IMG/VR virus record: IMGVR_UViG_3300032287_003731
Span: 1 to 64,000 of that record
DNA from: a virus
Direction: 5' to 3' (one strand)
Length of the DNA: 64,000 bases
Shown one piece after another: positions 25,025 through 35,630 of this stretch. The notes under the pieces are model-generated. The model ran no database searches. It worked only from the letters and a program-made list of their open reading frames with translations, and was not told where the DNA came from. Numbering within the stretch: position 1 is the first letter of the stretch; each line of letters begins with the position of its first letter. A program made the translations under genes and the position numbers.

Positions 25025-28000
25025 TTATATATAAGGTCCTATATATTCAAAAGCAGCAGTTTGGGATTGATTTCTATAATATACTTTATTCCATTTTAAA
25101 ATAGAATAATTTTGTTGTATTATCCCAGGAGCACTCCCAGCAAATCCAGAAGATGAATTAGAAATAATATTATAACTTCCATCAGTATTTATTGTATCAA
25201 TAACAATACCAGTATGACCAGCTTTAACTTTTCTAGCAGTTACTATAACATCTCCGGGTTTAGCATTTTCCCATCTATCTCTTTTTTTCCATTTATCTGT
25301 ATTTTTAAAAAGATAATTATATAAATCAATAGTAGATAATTCTATATCTTTATTAGGATGAATTTGATATCCTGTTGCTCTTAAAAACATAACACTTACT
25401 GCTGCTGCGCAACCTACATTTCCGTTTTGGGTAAGAGGTATTGGGACTGTTGAAAACCCAATACTTTGTTTAGCAGCAATAACTAAACTCTTATAAGGAG
25501 GATTTACTCTGTATTTTTGATTAATATTAGGATCTACTTTATTACTTTCTGTATTATTAATTTTATTTATTGCTGCATTTTTATTATTTGTATTTACAAT
25601 ATCAGTAAATGTCAAATCAGCTCCTGATGGTTCATCTAGTATAATTGTTTGAGCATCAATATTAGTAGTCCAATCATTATTAGATATAGAATGTCCTATC
25701 CCAGTTACTACGTAACCTAATTTAGAACCTAAAGTTTCTCCTCTATACCCTCTAGGTAATAAGTCTTCAGGTATTTTAAACATATGACCTATTACTAATC
25801 CTCCTATACCATCCATAGTAATAGATAATTTAGTAGGAATAATTGCTCTATTTTTTATATTAGATTTAGTTAGATTTTGATAAAAATTAATTAAATCCCT
25901 TAAAGCATTCTTATACTGTCCTGCTTTTTCCGTATTAAAATCTGCATCTTCTACTTTAATAATAATAGTAGTATCATCTAATTCAGAAAAATAATCATAA
26001 AATACATCAAAAATAGATGATAAGTTTTTTAATTGATTAGCAATGTTTTCAGCTGTAGGTTGATTTGGATCAGCTAACACATCTTGTTTTTTAGATGTAA
26101 TTCTATCTTCTAAACCTTTATTAAAATCTAACATTGTATTATTATCAGTAGCCATTGCACCTCCACCTACTTGAGCACCAATCGCTATAGTAGTTGATTG
26201 ATCAGGAAATATTTGTGATTCTAATTTATATGATCTAACAGTAGATTTAATATTATGCATTTCTAATATAAATAAATTATCATATACTTCTTTTCTACTT
26301 ATTGTATCTACATAATTTACATCTATTATTCTTATAATATTATCTATAGGATCAACATGAATATCAAAATTATTTACATTACCTATAGAAGAAGCTACTT
26401 CAGACATTACACTTTTTAAATAGTCATATAAATTAATATCGTTTTTTTCTTTATTATCTCTAGATTCTAAATCATTATTTAAAGCTAACCTATATAAAAA
26501 ATTTACATTAACATATATATTTCCTATAATACCTAATTCAGTTGATGGATCATTTTTATAAAAAAATGGTTTTAATTTACTTAAATAAGCTATATTACCT
26601 ATTTCAGATAAAGCTTTTGTTTGTTTTTCTTCGATTTCTTTTTTTGTTTTTTCTAATTTTTGTTTTTCTGATATTGCTGGGTTTTGTTGAAGTGCCCCTG
26701 AAAGATTTTTACCTCCTAAAGCTTGATCTATTTGAGAAGAACTAAGAACTTTATTTAATTTATCATATAAAGAATTAGCAGCAACACTGGTGACTCCTGT
26801 TGTTAAGGGAGCAGCAGTATTAAAACCAGTAGTAACAGTAGTAGCAGAAGTAGTAGTAATAGTTGCAGGATATTTTTCATGCCACCTGCGAGATAATTCT
26901 TTTACTTTATTTAAATCTCCTTTTAATGTTGAAGAAAGTAAACTTATTATTTTATTTTCATTAACATTATTAGTAACAATAGTAGCAGTTGTATTAGTTC
27001 CTGTAATAATATTTGTGCTAGTAGTTAGATTAGTAGTTGATAGTGTTATTTCTATTTCTTTAATTAAATTATTATATGTAGCATCATCAACTATATTATC
27101 ATATACTACAACATTTGTATCTATTGGAGGATTAAGTTTTTCTACGGTTGTTACTGAAGGTAATTGGCCACTAAGCCAAAAAGAAGGATTAATTGCACAT
27201 ACAGAAGGATCCATTGAAATTTGAAGAGGATGTCCTAAACATAGTAAATATCCTCCTTCTCCTGTATCTGAATTAGGTTTATTAGGTGAATTTTTATCGT
27301 ATTCTCTATCAAATACAGAACAAGTTATATATGCCTGTTTACTATTAGAATCAATAAATGTAACATGATTATTAATTAAAGTACATAGACTTTCTAAAGT
27401 AATATATACTTGTTCATCACTTGCTCCTACTTCTCCTGTATCGTCATTATTTTCTGCTCCTCCATTTATGTTAATTACTGTTTTAAAAGCATTATATGTA
27501 TTTCCTTTTTTATCAGGAAAAGAAAATATTTCATTTTCATTTTTATCTTTTCCAATATTCCATATTTCATAAAATAATCCTGCTAATATATTTTTTGTAT
27601 ATGCTTCTTTTAAATCATCTTCCTTATTATCTGTACCTATTAATCCACCACCTCCTGTTATTTTATCCATATTATTAAATGGAGTATAATTAACTTTTAA
27701 TGATTCCATTACTTCACCTATAGAAATTATGGTAGTAGTACAATCATATCCCCCATCAGGGCGAGCAGACCAACTATAATTTTTTACATAACCATACATT
27801 GCATCATAATTACCTCCATATTTTTTAACAGCAGTATCATATATTTCTTTAAATATTTTTTCTTTAGTTAATCCACTGGGTGGGTTAATAATATCAAGAT
27901 AATTAAAAAGATTTTGTAATTGTTTATTACTATTTAAATAAGGAGCCCATCCCCACTCTATTAATGCAGTATAACCAGGACGCATATAAAGTAATTCTAA

Positions 28001-28420
28001 ATCTTCTAATTGACGTATGTCCCAAGCATTAAAATTTACAGTTACTTCTCTTAATGAACCATACGCTGATTTAGATTTTACTTCTATCCCAGTAATACCA
28101 GGCATAGGACGAATACCTAGTCTATTAGTTCCACCTCCGGGAGTTAATGTGCTGTAAGCATTATTAGTTGTATTTCCTATTCCTGATTTTAAAGTATTAT
28201 TATTTAATATACCTCCTTGTAAAATGTATTTTGATGCTAATTCATTAGTAGGAGGTGCCCCTTTAGTAAGTGATACATTAACAGCAGAACTCATTCTAAT
28301 CCAAGCGTTACGAGCATTATAATATTGAATAGCAGTAGGAGTACGTTCAAATATAGCGTCTTGCCTAGCTTTTAGCTGTTCTTGAATTTCTGACTTAAAT
28401 GTATCTTTAAATATAGACAT
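25025..28420 (-). CDS. Baseplate hub-like protein with C-terminal CHAP/NlpC-P60-like amidase domain
   Basis: Follows the LysM gene; C-terminal GCAAAVS...PGDVIV...GHTGIV Cys-His pattern. Confidence 0.65.
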   Translation of the reverse strand: MSIFKDTFKSEIQEQLKARQDAIFERTPTAIQYYNARNAWIRMSSAVNVSLTKGAPPTNELASKYILQGGILNNNTLKSGIGNTTNNAYSTLTPGGGTNRLGIRPMPGITGIEVKSKSAYGSLREVTVNFNAWDIRQLEDLELLYMRPGYTALIEWGWAPYLNSNKQLQNLFNYLDIINPPSGLTKEKIFKEIYDTAVKKYGGNYDAMYGYVKNYSWSARPDGGYDCTTTIISIGEVMESLKVNYTPFNNMDKITGGGGLIGTDNKEDDLKEAYTKNILAGLFYEIWNIGKDKNENEIFSFPDKKGNTYNAFKTVININGGAENNDDTGEVGASDEQVYITLESLCTLINNHVTFIDSNSKQAYITCSVFDREYDKNSPNKPNSDTGEGGYLLCLGHPLQISMDPSVCAINPSFWLSGQLPSVTTVEKLNPPIDTNVVVYDNIVDDATYNNLIKEIEITLSTTNLTTSTNIITGTNTTATIVTNNVNENKIISLLSSTLKGDLNKVKELSRRWHEKYPATITTTSATTVTTGFNTAAPLTTGVTSVAANSLYDKLNKVLSSSQIDQALGGKNLSGALQQNPAISEKQKLEKTKKEIEEKQTKALSEIGNIAYLSKLKPFFYKNDPSTELGIIGNIYVNVNFLYRLALNNDLESRDNKEKNDINLYDYLKSVMSEVASSIGNVNNFDIHVDPIDNIIRIIDVNYVDTISRKEVYDNLFILEMHNIKSTVRSYKLESQIFPDQSTTIAIGAQVGGGAMATDNNTMLDFNKGLEDRITSKKQDVLADPNQPTAENIANQLKNLSSIFDVFYDYFSELDDTTIIIKVEDADFNTEKAGQYKNALRDLINFYQNLTKSNIKNRAIIPTKLSITMDGIGGLVIGHMFKIPEDLLPRGYRGETLGSKLGYVVTGIGHSISNNDWTTNIDAQTIILDEPSGADLTFTDIVNTNNKNAAINKINNTESNKVDPNINQKYRVNPPYKSLVIAAKQSIGFSTVPIPLTQNGNVGCAAAVSVMFLRATGYQIHPNKDIELSTIDLYNYLFKNTDKWKKRDRWENAKPGDVIVTARKVKAGHTGIVIDTINTDGSYNIISNSSSGFAGSAPGIIQQNYSILKWNKVYYRNQSQTAAFEYIGPYI

Positions 28421-28424
28421 AACA

Positions 28425-28733
28425 TTATCTTACTTGATTAAATTGGTTAAATTGTCTAAGAACAGTATTAATATCTACTGGTATTCTTAATTGAGTGCCA
28501 GGAGCTGGGTATAATGCTCCTCTAGTTATATTATTATTTGCCATTGCTATTACCCACCATAAATTAGCGTCTTGATAATAACTATATGCTAATGAATCTA
28601 GTCTATCACCAACTGTAGTAATAACATATACATCGTTTTCTGATAAAGGAATATTAGGATAAAATTTTCCTTTATAGTATGGACGATATGTATTTTGAGT
28701 TGTTAATATGGTTGGATTATCGTAGCGATTCAT
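28425..28733 (-). CDS. LysM-domain baseplate protein (gp53-like)
   Basis: GDRLDSLAYSYYQDANLWWVIAMANN...PGTQLRIP. Confidence 0.85.
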   Translation of the reverse strand: MNRYDNPTILTTQNTYRPYYKGKFYPNIPLSENDVYVITTVGDRLDSLAYSYYQDANLWWVIAMANNNITRGALYPAPGTQLRIPVDINTVLRQFNQFNQVR

Positions 28734-28735
28734 AA

Positions 28736-31030
28736 TTATTTTATATATTGGTATCCATTATAATTTTGAGCAATATGAGATATATTTAATCTCTTTTCAG
28801 ATATTTTATTAATACCTTTAGTTTGAGAACCAATAGGTGTAAATCCTAAACTTACTTCTACAACATGGGGAAGTACCAGTAATTTATCAGAATTTACGCC
28901 ATTTAAAGCTACTTCCCAAGGAGAATCATTTGGTATAGTATATCCTACAGAAGTTAGTATACCATCTTGTCCATCAATCCAGTTACCTACTGTCATTTTT
29001 ACCATTGGACCTCTCATTAAAACACCATTATAGTCAGGCATTACATTACTCATCAAATAATTTAATTTTTGATACATTGGTTCCATTTCTTCAACGGATA
29101 ATGCTGCTACTTTAAAACCAATTTGTATTTTTCTAGTAAAACCATTATATATATAAAATTCTTCACCTCTACCAACATATTGTACTGGATTCCATTTAGG
29201 ATCTGTATTATCTGAAAATTGAGTTAAGTATGCTCTAAATACCATGTAATTAGAGTTGGTTGGATCTTCTCCGTTTAATGCTTGAATTCTAAATTTAACT
29301 AAGTCATTTATAGTATAATCTTTTCCAGAAATTGTTACAGTACTATCAATAGATGTAGTACTTGAAAATATAGGAGTTAAATTAATACTATCTTGTATTC
29401 CATTACCTATTCTTGTTTCACGATTTATTTCTTTCCAAGATTTAAGAGTAACTAATATTTTGTTGCTATTACTGCTATAATAAACAGGAGATTGATTTGA
29501 ATCAGGTAAAATTCTATTATTTAAGTCTTTTACTATTCCGTCCGGTAAACTATTACCATATATTCCAAATGTATTTATATCATTAAATCCATCAGTATAT
29601 TTTTTTTCTCTTAAATTTTTAGATTCAATTATTTTTTGATATGTTTGATAAGAAGCATTTCTAGATATAGGTGTTATTCCAGGATCAATAATACTAGCTC
29701 TTCTAATTGATCCGGTATCATTATTGTTTGTTTGTATTTTTGTTTTTGGAGCATTAGTTCGACCATAAGTAGCTCCAGGTTGTATTATATCAATATTTGA
29801 CCCAGAAAAATATTGATTTGAAACTCCTAAATCCTTTTGTAATACTAAGCTATTTCCATCATACCCAAAAGATGAAGATTTATATGTTTTTATAGTTTTA
29901 TCATCTAATGTTTGTGGTTTATTAGTATTAGAAGTTAAATTAGGAAATATATTAGGAGCAAATGATGAAGATGTTCTAGTAGAGACACCAACAAATCTAT
30001 CAGGTATTCTCATACCATCACTAGCGCTTGCTTCTTGTACTAAAGCATTATATTTTGAATCTGTAATATCATTAGCAGAAGCTATTTGATCATTTAATCC
30101 TAATGGAGTATTATCTCTTCTCCCATTAAATACAGACTGAATTGATTTACCATCTCTATAAAATATAGGATTAGGAGCAAATAACGATCCTGATTTATCT
30201 GATACTCCTGTAAAATTAGTTATTCTTCTGCTAGCATCAGTGTAACCGTCTCTTGTTCCTCCTTCATGTCCTATTAATCTATATGATATTCCTGCTTCTT
30301 TGGCTTCTTTAACAGCCCATTCATTTTCAGTTATATCTTGATTTACTATAAGAAAATCACCTCTTCTTCTAATAATTGTGTTACCAATACCATAAACAGA
30401 TGAAGGACCACTAATATAATTAGCAATATCATTAGTATTACCTAATATAGATCTTAATTGAGTTAATCTATTATTATCTTCATTATTATTATATTGAGCA
30501 ACTTTAAAATATAAATTATCATCGTTGCGTTTAGGAGTAAAACCATGTCTTACTATATGTTGACCAAAAGCATTAACTGGTACTTGAGCAAGTGTATTGA
30601 TGCCTAAATTATAAATACGAGTAGGACCTACAGCATTTTGAATTTTATTTGCTGTATTGAGAATAAAATTACCTGCATTTCTTAATAGTCCACCACCAGA
30701 GGTAGGATTATCTGTCTTTAATTGTTTTGTTTCTAGTCTAGGATTAGATAATTGTAAACCTACTTGTTTAGCAATAAATAAAGGACCTTTTGGAAAATCC
30801 TTAAGAAATTTTCCTATACGAATAGTATCAACAATTGAAGCATTAGTAGCACCAACAATACCCCCACGAACTAGTCCATCATCGAATTTAGTCATTCGAA
30901 AACGGTTAAATCCTGTGTCAACTGTATTAATATCAGTTGTTACATATGGTTGGCCACTACTACCTCCTCCTGGTTGGTCGTTTCCGTATTTGAGAGATTT
31001 TAAATCGGTTTTTAAATCAAGAAGTGGCAT
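28736..31030 (-). CDS. Tail tube initiator/baseplate protein (putative)
   Basis: C-terminal tube-like segment FRAYLTQFSD...YVGRGE.FY.Y.GFTRKI; located between tape measure and LysM genes. Confidence 0.55.
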   Translation of the reverse strand: MPLLDLKTDLKSLKYGNDQPGGGSSGQPYVTTDINTVDTGFNRFRMTKFDDGLVRGGIVGATNASIVDTIRIGKFLKDFPKGPLFIAKQVGLQLSNPRLETKQLKTDNPTSGGGLLRNAGNFILNTANKIQNAVGPTRIYNLGINTLAQVPVNAFGQHIVRHGFTPKRNDDNLYFKVAQYNNNEDNNRLTQLRSILGNTNDIANYISGPSSVYGIGNTIIRRRGDFLIVNQDITENEWAVKEAKEAGISYRLIGHEGGTRDGYTDASRRITNFTGVSDKSGSLFAPNPIFYRDGKSIQSVFNGRRDNTPLGLNDQIASANDITDSKYNALVQEASASDGMRIPDRFVGVSTRTSSSFAPNIFPNLTSNTNKPQTLDDKTIKTYKSSSFGYDGNSLVLQKDLGVSNQYFSGSNIDIIQPGATYGRTNAPKTKIQTNNNDTGSIRRASIIDPGITPISRNASYQTYQKIIESKNLREKKYTDGFNDINTFGIYGNSLPDGIVKDLNNRILPDSNQSPVYYSSNSNKILVTLKSWKEINRETRIGNGIQDSINLTPIFSSTTSIDSTVTISGKDYTINDLVKFRIQALNGEDPTNSNYMVFRAYLTQFSDNTDPKWNPVQYVGRGEEFYIYNGFTRKIQIGFKVAALSVEEMEPMYQKLNYLMSNVMPDYNGVLMRGPMVKMTVGNWIDGQDGILTSVGYTIPNDSPWEVALNGVNSDKLLVLPHVVEVSLGFTPIGSQTKGINKISEKRLNISHIAQNYNGYQYIK

Positions 31031-31039
31031 TTATATGTA

Positions 31040-31342
31040 TTAATAACGTCCTTCTTTTGGACCTAAATCTTTATATCTACGGCCTGATTTGGATTTGTAT
31101 ACTTGAGATACAACACCTACTGGTTTTAAACTAGGAGCATTAGCATCTAACTCATCTAAAGTAGAAGGTAATGGTTTCATACTTAAATTTCCTTTAATTA
31201 ATCTCCAAGTTACATTTGGGATATTATCTACAGAATAAGTATTATGTAATGAACCTGGAGGAATAGGATCAACTCCAAAAATGGGAGGTTTATTTCCTCC
31301 TAAGCCTAAAGTACTGGTTGGTAATTTGTCTAATAATGGCAT
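31040..31342 (-). CDS. Hypothetical virion protein
   Basis: Late motif upstream; tail operon position. Confidence 0.6.
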   Translation of the reverse strand: MPLLDKLPTSTLGLGGNKPPIFGVDPIPPGSLHNTYSVDNIPNVTWRLIKGNLSMKPLPSTLDELDANAPSLKPVGVVSQVYKSKSGRRYKDLGPKEGRY

Positions 31343-31373
31343 AGTTTTAATGTTTAGTATAAATATTTAATTT

Positions 31374-34300
31374 TTAAGCTACTTTGTATGAACCTTGTAC
31401 TAATGTTGTACCTACTTTTTTGCCATCCATATTAATAGATGTATCTTTATTGTATAATCTATCTATAGCAGTTCTAACTTCATTAATAGCTGCTATCATT
31501 GGTGTTAAATCAATTTGAGGCATTGACATATTTTCACCTCCACCTAAATTAGTACCTGCAATTACAGTATCATTATCATTTAATCTAATTGCTCCTTCTG
31601 GTGCTAATAATGTGCGTTTACCATAGCCACCTTCTGACATTATATCATCACCTTTTAATAAATTATAACCTAAAGCTGCTACACCAGCAGCAGCTGCTAA
31701 TCCTATAGGAATAGCAAAAGGTCCTAAAAGTTTACCAATACCAGATACAGCAGCAGATAAAGCATCCATGGCTGCTGAAGCAATTGATGTAATAGCAGCT
31801 TTTTTAGATATTACAGCTCCTACATTTTTTAAAGCATTAATTGCTATAAGTCCTGTTTTTTGGATATTTAACCAAATTACTTTTCCTTTTTCATAAAGCC
31901 AATCTTTCATTGTAATTAAAAAAGATTCTTTTTTTACTGTTTGAGTAGCTTGTTGTAATCCAAATTGCATTCTTAGAGCAGCCATTACTCCTTGTTCTGC
32001 TGCTAATTGTCTAAATATTTGAATGTTGTATGCTACTTTAGTTAATAGATTTTTTTCATCTAATATGTTTCTTGCTATTTTATTTCTTTGTTCAAATACT
32101 GATAGACCTTGATTTTTTCCTGCTAGAACATAAGATGCCATATCATATCCTAAAGATATTTTTTTAAGACCGTTAAGAACTAATTGTGTTCCTCTTATAG
32201 CTAAAAATGTATATGATATTGCTTTTAAAGCAGGACCAATTTCATTTATAATATTTAAAGCTCCACTTAATAAATCTATAAAACTACCTAAAGGACCCGC
32301 TACTAAATTACCAATTAAACTTTGTAATTTTAAAATAGCAGCATTAAATTTATCTTGTATTGCTTGTCTTTCAAGTGCTTCAGCTGCTTCTTCTTCTGTT
32401 ATTTGTGCTAATGATTTTCCACTTGCTATTGCTTCTTCTCTTTTTCTTAAAGTATTAGCTAATTCGTCAGTAGTCATTCCAACAGATTCGGCTAATGCTT
32501 TCTGTTGTAATACATTTATTTTAGTAAACTCAGCTGATGATCCTATATTTTTATTTAATTCTTCAGCTAATGTTATTTGATCCCCAGCTAAAGCAGCGGC
32601 TCTTGCTCTTTCTAAATTAAGTTGTTTGCCTGTTAATAATTCTGCTTTTAACTCATTTTCAATTGATGATTCAAAATTAAGAAGAGATTCACCTGATCTA
32701 GCAACTTGTTCTAAAGTCATACCGAATGCTTTAGCAGTTACTACTGCTTTAGCAATTGTTTCTGGATTATTTCCTAGATTAGCTGCTAATTGTCCTGATA
32801 CTTTTACTGCTTCTGCTAATGCTGCTTTAAAGTTGATTCCAACTTTAAGTTGATTCCTAGTAGCAGTTAATCCTCTAACAAATGATTTATAAGTTTCTTC
32901 AGATGTTTTTCCATTTAATACAGCAAAACGTTGAATTTGTGCTGCTTCATCTGCTTGTAATCCAACTTGTTTAGTTAATTTAACTTGTGTTTCAAGTTGA
33001 TCAGCTGTAAATTCATATGCAAACCCTGTAGCTTCAGATAATTGTCCAAATGCTTCTACTAAATTAGCTGTATTAACATTTATATTTTTAGAATTACGTT
33101 CTATCTTTACTAATGATTCTCTAAAAGCATCTGCTCTATTAGTTCCGTATCCTAAAGACTTACCTAATTCAACTACTTGTTTATTAGCATCAAGTGCTTT
33201 ATCTATAAAAAATGTAATTATAGTTAAAGGATCAGTAAGCGCTTTTTTAAATCCAGTTCCTAGTCCTTTTACAAGTACTCCTAATGATTTAAATTTATTA
33301 CCTAGATTATCAACAGAAGTAATAGCATCTTGTTTAACTTTATCTTCTTCTTTATCTAAATCTGCTAATTGTTGTTTGGTATTTAGTTCATCAGCTAGTA
33401 AATCATTTTTCTTTCGGTCTTTTTCAATTTGAAGATCAGCTATTCTAGTTGCTCTATCATTATCAATATCAGATATGTTTTGACTAATTAAAGCCTGTCT
33501 TCTAGCTAAATCAATAGCATCTTGTCCGGTTGCTGTTTGGAGTTGATTTTGAATATCTAATAATTCATTTCGAAGAGCAACTTCTTGATTAGTTTGAACT
33601 TGAGCTGCTGCTATTTCTCTTTCTTTAGCTTGAATTTCTTCTTGAATTCTTAAAGAATTTTGTAGTAGAGCAATTCTTTGATCTTCAATATTTTTAATTT
33701 TTTTAATTACTTCTTTACTTTTTAAAGCACCATCAATTAATTCTTGATTATATTTTTTTACAGAATCAATAGCATCGTCTATATTTAAGAATTGAGCTAA
33801 AGAACCTCCATATTTTGAAACTACACCAGCAGCTGCTGTTGCTATACCTCCTAGATCTTCTCTTACATTATATATTTGTTTAGAAATATTAAGTTCTTTT
33901 TGCAAAAGAGGTATTCCTTCACTTAAAGCATTATTTGCTGCTTCAAATAAATCTTTTTCTTCTTTTAATTGATTAAGTAATTTTTTCTGAGCTGTGGTTA
34001 AATTTTCATTATCTATAGCATATAAGTCATTAAGGAGTTTTTCTTGTCTAAAAGTAAATTGTCTTACATTATTAATTTCTTTTTCTTCTCCTAATCTATC
34101 TCGTACATTTTTTAATTCTATTTTACTTTTAGCTAAGATTTCTCCTTTTTTCTTAAACTGTTTTTCAGTTAAATCAGTAACACCTTGCTGGAAGTAGTTT
34201 AAATCAGAAGATAAATTAGTAAGTCCTTTAAATATAGATTTTCCTGCTTGTAATAATATATTTTGTTTTTTTAATTCAGCAGTTGTTTCTCTAAAACTTT

Positions 34301-34499
34301 GATATAAATAATCAGATTTAAAAACAGTATCATTTAATTCTTTATTAAGTCTAGATACAGAAGCAGTTAAATTACCCGCAGCTTTAGCTTGATCTGCAAA
34401 ACCTTGAGCTTGCTGGCGAGTTAATCCATCGGCTTGCTGTAGTAATTCTATATACTTTTCGTATAGTTTATTTAATTCTTGTTGATCTTGTGGATCCAT
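31374..34499 (-). CDS. Tail tape measure protein
   Basis: 1041 aa, Ala/Leu/Lys-rich and helical; downstream of tube and chaperones; C-terminal MDGKKVG. Confidence 0.8.
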   Translation of the reverse strand: MDPQDQQELNKLYEKYIELLQQADGLTRQQAQGFADQAKAAGNLTASVSRLNKELNDTVFKSDYLYQSFRETTAELKKQNILLQAGKSIFKGLTNLSSDLNYFQQGVTDLTEKQFKKKGEILAKSKIELKNVRDRLGEEKEINNVRQFTFRQEKLLNDLYAIDNENLTTAQKKLLNQLKEEKDLFEAANNALSEGIPLLQKELNISKQIYNVREDLGGIATAAAGVVSKYGGSLAQFLNIDDAIDSVKKYNQELIDGALKSKEVIKKIKNIEDQRIALLQNSLRIQEEIQAKEREIAAAQVQTNQEVALRNELLDIQNQLQTATGQDAIDLARRQALISQNISDIDNDRATRIADLQIEKDRKKNDLLADELNTKQQLADLDKEEDKVKQDAITSVDNLGNKFKSLGVLVKGLGTGFKKALTDPLTIITFFIDKALDANKQVVELGKSLGYGTNRADAFRESLVKIERNSKNINVNTANLVEAFGQLSEATGFAYEFTADQLETQVKLTKQVGLQADEAAQIQRFAVLNGKTSEETYKSFVRGLTATRNQLKVGINFKAALAEAVKVSGQLAANLGNNPETIAKAVVTAKAFGMTLEQVARSGESLLNFESSIENELKAELLTGKQLNLERARAAALAGDQITLAEELNKNIGSSAEFTKINVLQQKALAESVGMTTDELANTLRKREEAIASGKSLAQITEEEAAEALERQAIQDKFNAAILKLQSLIGNLVAGPLGSFIDLLSGALNIINEIGPALKAISYTFLAIRGTQLVLNGLKKISLGYDMASYVLAGKNQGLSVFEQRNKIARNILDEKNLLTKVAYNIQIFRQLAAEQGVMAALRMQFGLQQATQTVKKESFLITMKDWLYEKGKVIWLNIQKTGLIAINALKNVGAVISKKAAITSIASAAMDALSAAVSGIGKLLGPFAIPIGLAAAAGVAALGYNLLKGDDIMSEGGYGKRTLLAPEGAIRLNDNDTVIAGTNLGGGENMSMPQIDLTPMIAAINEVRTAIDRLYNKDTSINMDGKKVGTTLVQGSYKVA

Positions 34500-34527
34500 A
34501 CCTTTAATATTACATCATATAAATATT

Positions 34528-34553
34528 AAAGCGCCCTACTTTTTGGGCGCTTT
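34528..34553 (-). terminator. Hairpin/terminator at the end of the second chaperone ORF
   Basis: aaagcgccc-N8-gggcgcttt. Confidence 0.6.
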
Positions 34554-34826
34554 AGCTACATATGTTGGTTGTTTTGGAGAAGTAACGTTTGGTCTTGATA
34601 TTTCTTTACTTGGTTTATTTTTTAGTAGATTTTGTTGTTTTTCAGCTTCTTCTTTTTGTTTTTCAAAATATTCTTTTAATGTTTCAAAAGTAAATTTACG
34701 CAACCAAATAGGCATATTATATACAGTATCCCAATCATATCCACCATTTCCATGAAATACTATTTCATGTATTTGTCTAAATAAATACAACCTATAGTCC
34801 AGAGTCAGGCCAAAGAAAGTTAATAC
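34536..34826 (-). CDS. Tail assembly chaperone extension (GT-like), probably expressed by frameshift
   Basis: No ATG start; frame open from 34826 as VLTFFGLTLDYRLYLFRQIHEIVFHGNGG, overlapping the end of the upstream ORF. Confidence 0.65.
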   Translation of the reverse strand, partial: VLTFFGLTLDYRLYLFRQIHEIVFHGNGGYDWDTVYNMPIWLRKFTFETLKEYFEKQKEEAEKQQNLLKNKPSKEISRPNVTSPKQPTYVAKAPKK

Positions 34827-35535
34827 CTAAAGAAATTTCTATACCCTCCCCAGTATAGTTTTCATCATTTGGTTTATATTTCATATTAATATCTGGTGAT
34901 ATTTGATTATAATATTGACGAAGAGCTCTAGAATCTTTAGCGATTAAATAATTATCAACAAATTCACGAATATCTTTTGGTTCACGTTTACCTTCAACTG
35001 AAGTGATAATATGTTTTAAGCGTGTAGTAACATCAGTTGTAATGTTTGGATTTATTTTTTTTAATCCTTTAATTTCAGCTTCGATTTTTTGTTCATCACC
35101 GTGTGTTAAAAGTTTAAAAGTAATATTATTAGTAGAATGAGGAAGAGTAAATTCAAATTCATTCATACCATGTTTAAATAAAGAAAAATCTACTATTTTA
35201 TCTTCTAATGTAGATAAATCAACATTAATTTCTGTTTCGCCAAAAGTAACAGGATAGTCTTTACCATAACCTAAAATGCGAGCAGCAATTAAAATAGCAT
35301 TTTTATCACCGACTAATAATTCATTGTAATCAATTGGTGTTACAATAAGCGCTTGTAATAATTTATCTACTACTGTTCCATTTTTAATGTAATTAGTATT
35401 AGTAAGAATATCTTCTTCCTTAGCAGTCATATACTTCATTTCAATTTCACCTTTTGCTAGTGGTGATGTAACTGGATAAAGTAAACCTTTAGAAGGTAAT
35501 GCAACTGTTTCTGTTGGAATTTTTAATTCAGCCAT
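34792..35535 (-). CDS. Tail/baseplate assembly chaperone (gp26-like/G-like); likely start MAELKIP at 35535
   Basis: LPSKGLLYP, MKYMTAKEEDIL, GDKNAILIAARILGYG, terminal FLWP; located between tube and tape measure. Confidence 0.75.
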   Translation of the reverse strand: MAELKIPTETVALPSKGLLYPVTSPLAKGEIEMKYMTAKEEDILTNTNYIKNGTVVDKLLQALIVTPIDYNELLVGDKNAILIAARILGYGKDYPVTFGETEINVDLSTLEDKIVDFSLFKHGMNEFEFTLPHSTNNITFKLLTHGDEQKIEAEIKGLKKINPNITTDVTTRLKHIITSVEGKREPKDIREFVDNYLIAKDSRALRQYYNQISPDINMKYKPNDENYTGEGIEISLGINFLWPDSGL

Positions 35536-35578
35536 ATAACGTTTTTTATTGTTTGATATATATAAATATATGAAAAGT

Positions 35579-35602
35579 AAAAGCGTCTGCAAAAGCAGAC
35601 GC
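35579..35602 (-). terminator. Intrinsic terminator after the tail tube gene
   Basis: gcgtctgc-aaaa-gcagacgc, with a T-tract on the coding strand. Confidence 0.8.
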
Positions 35603-35630
35603 CTTTATAAAAGAAAGAAATATAGAGAAA

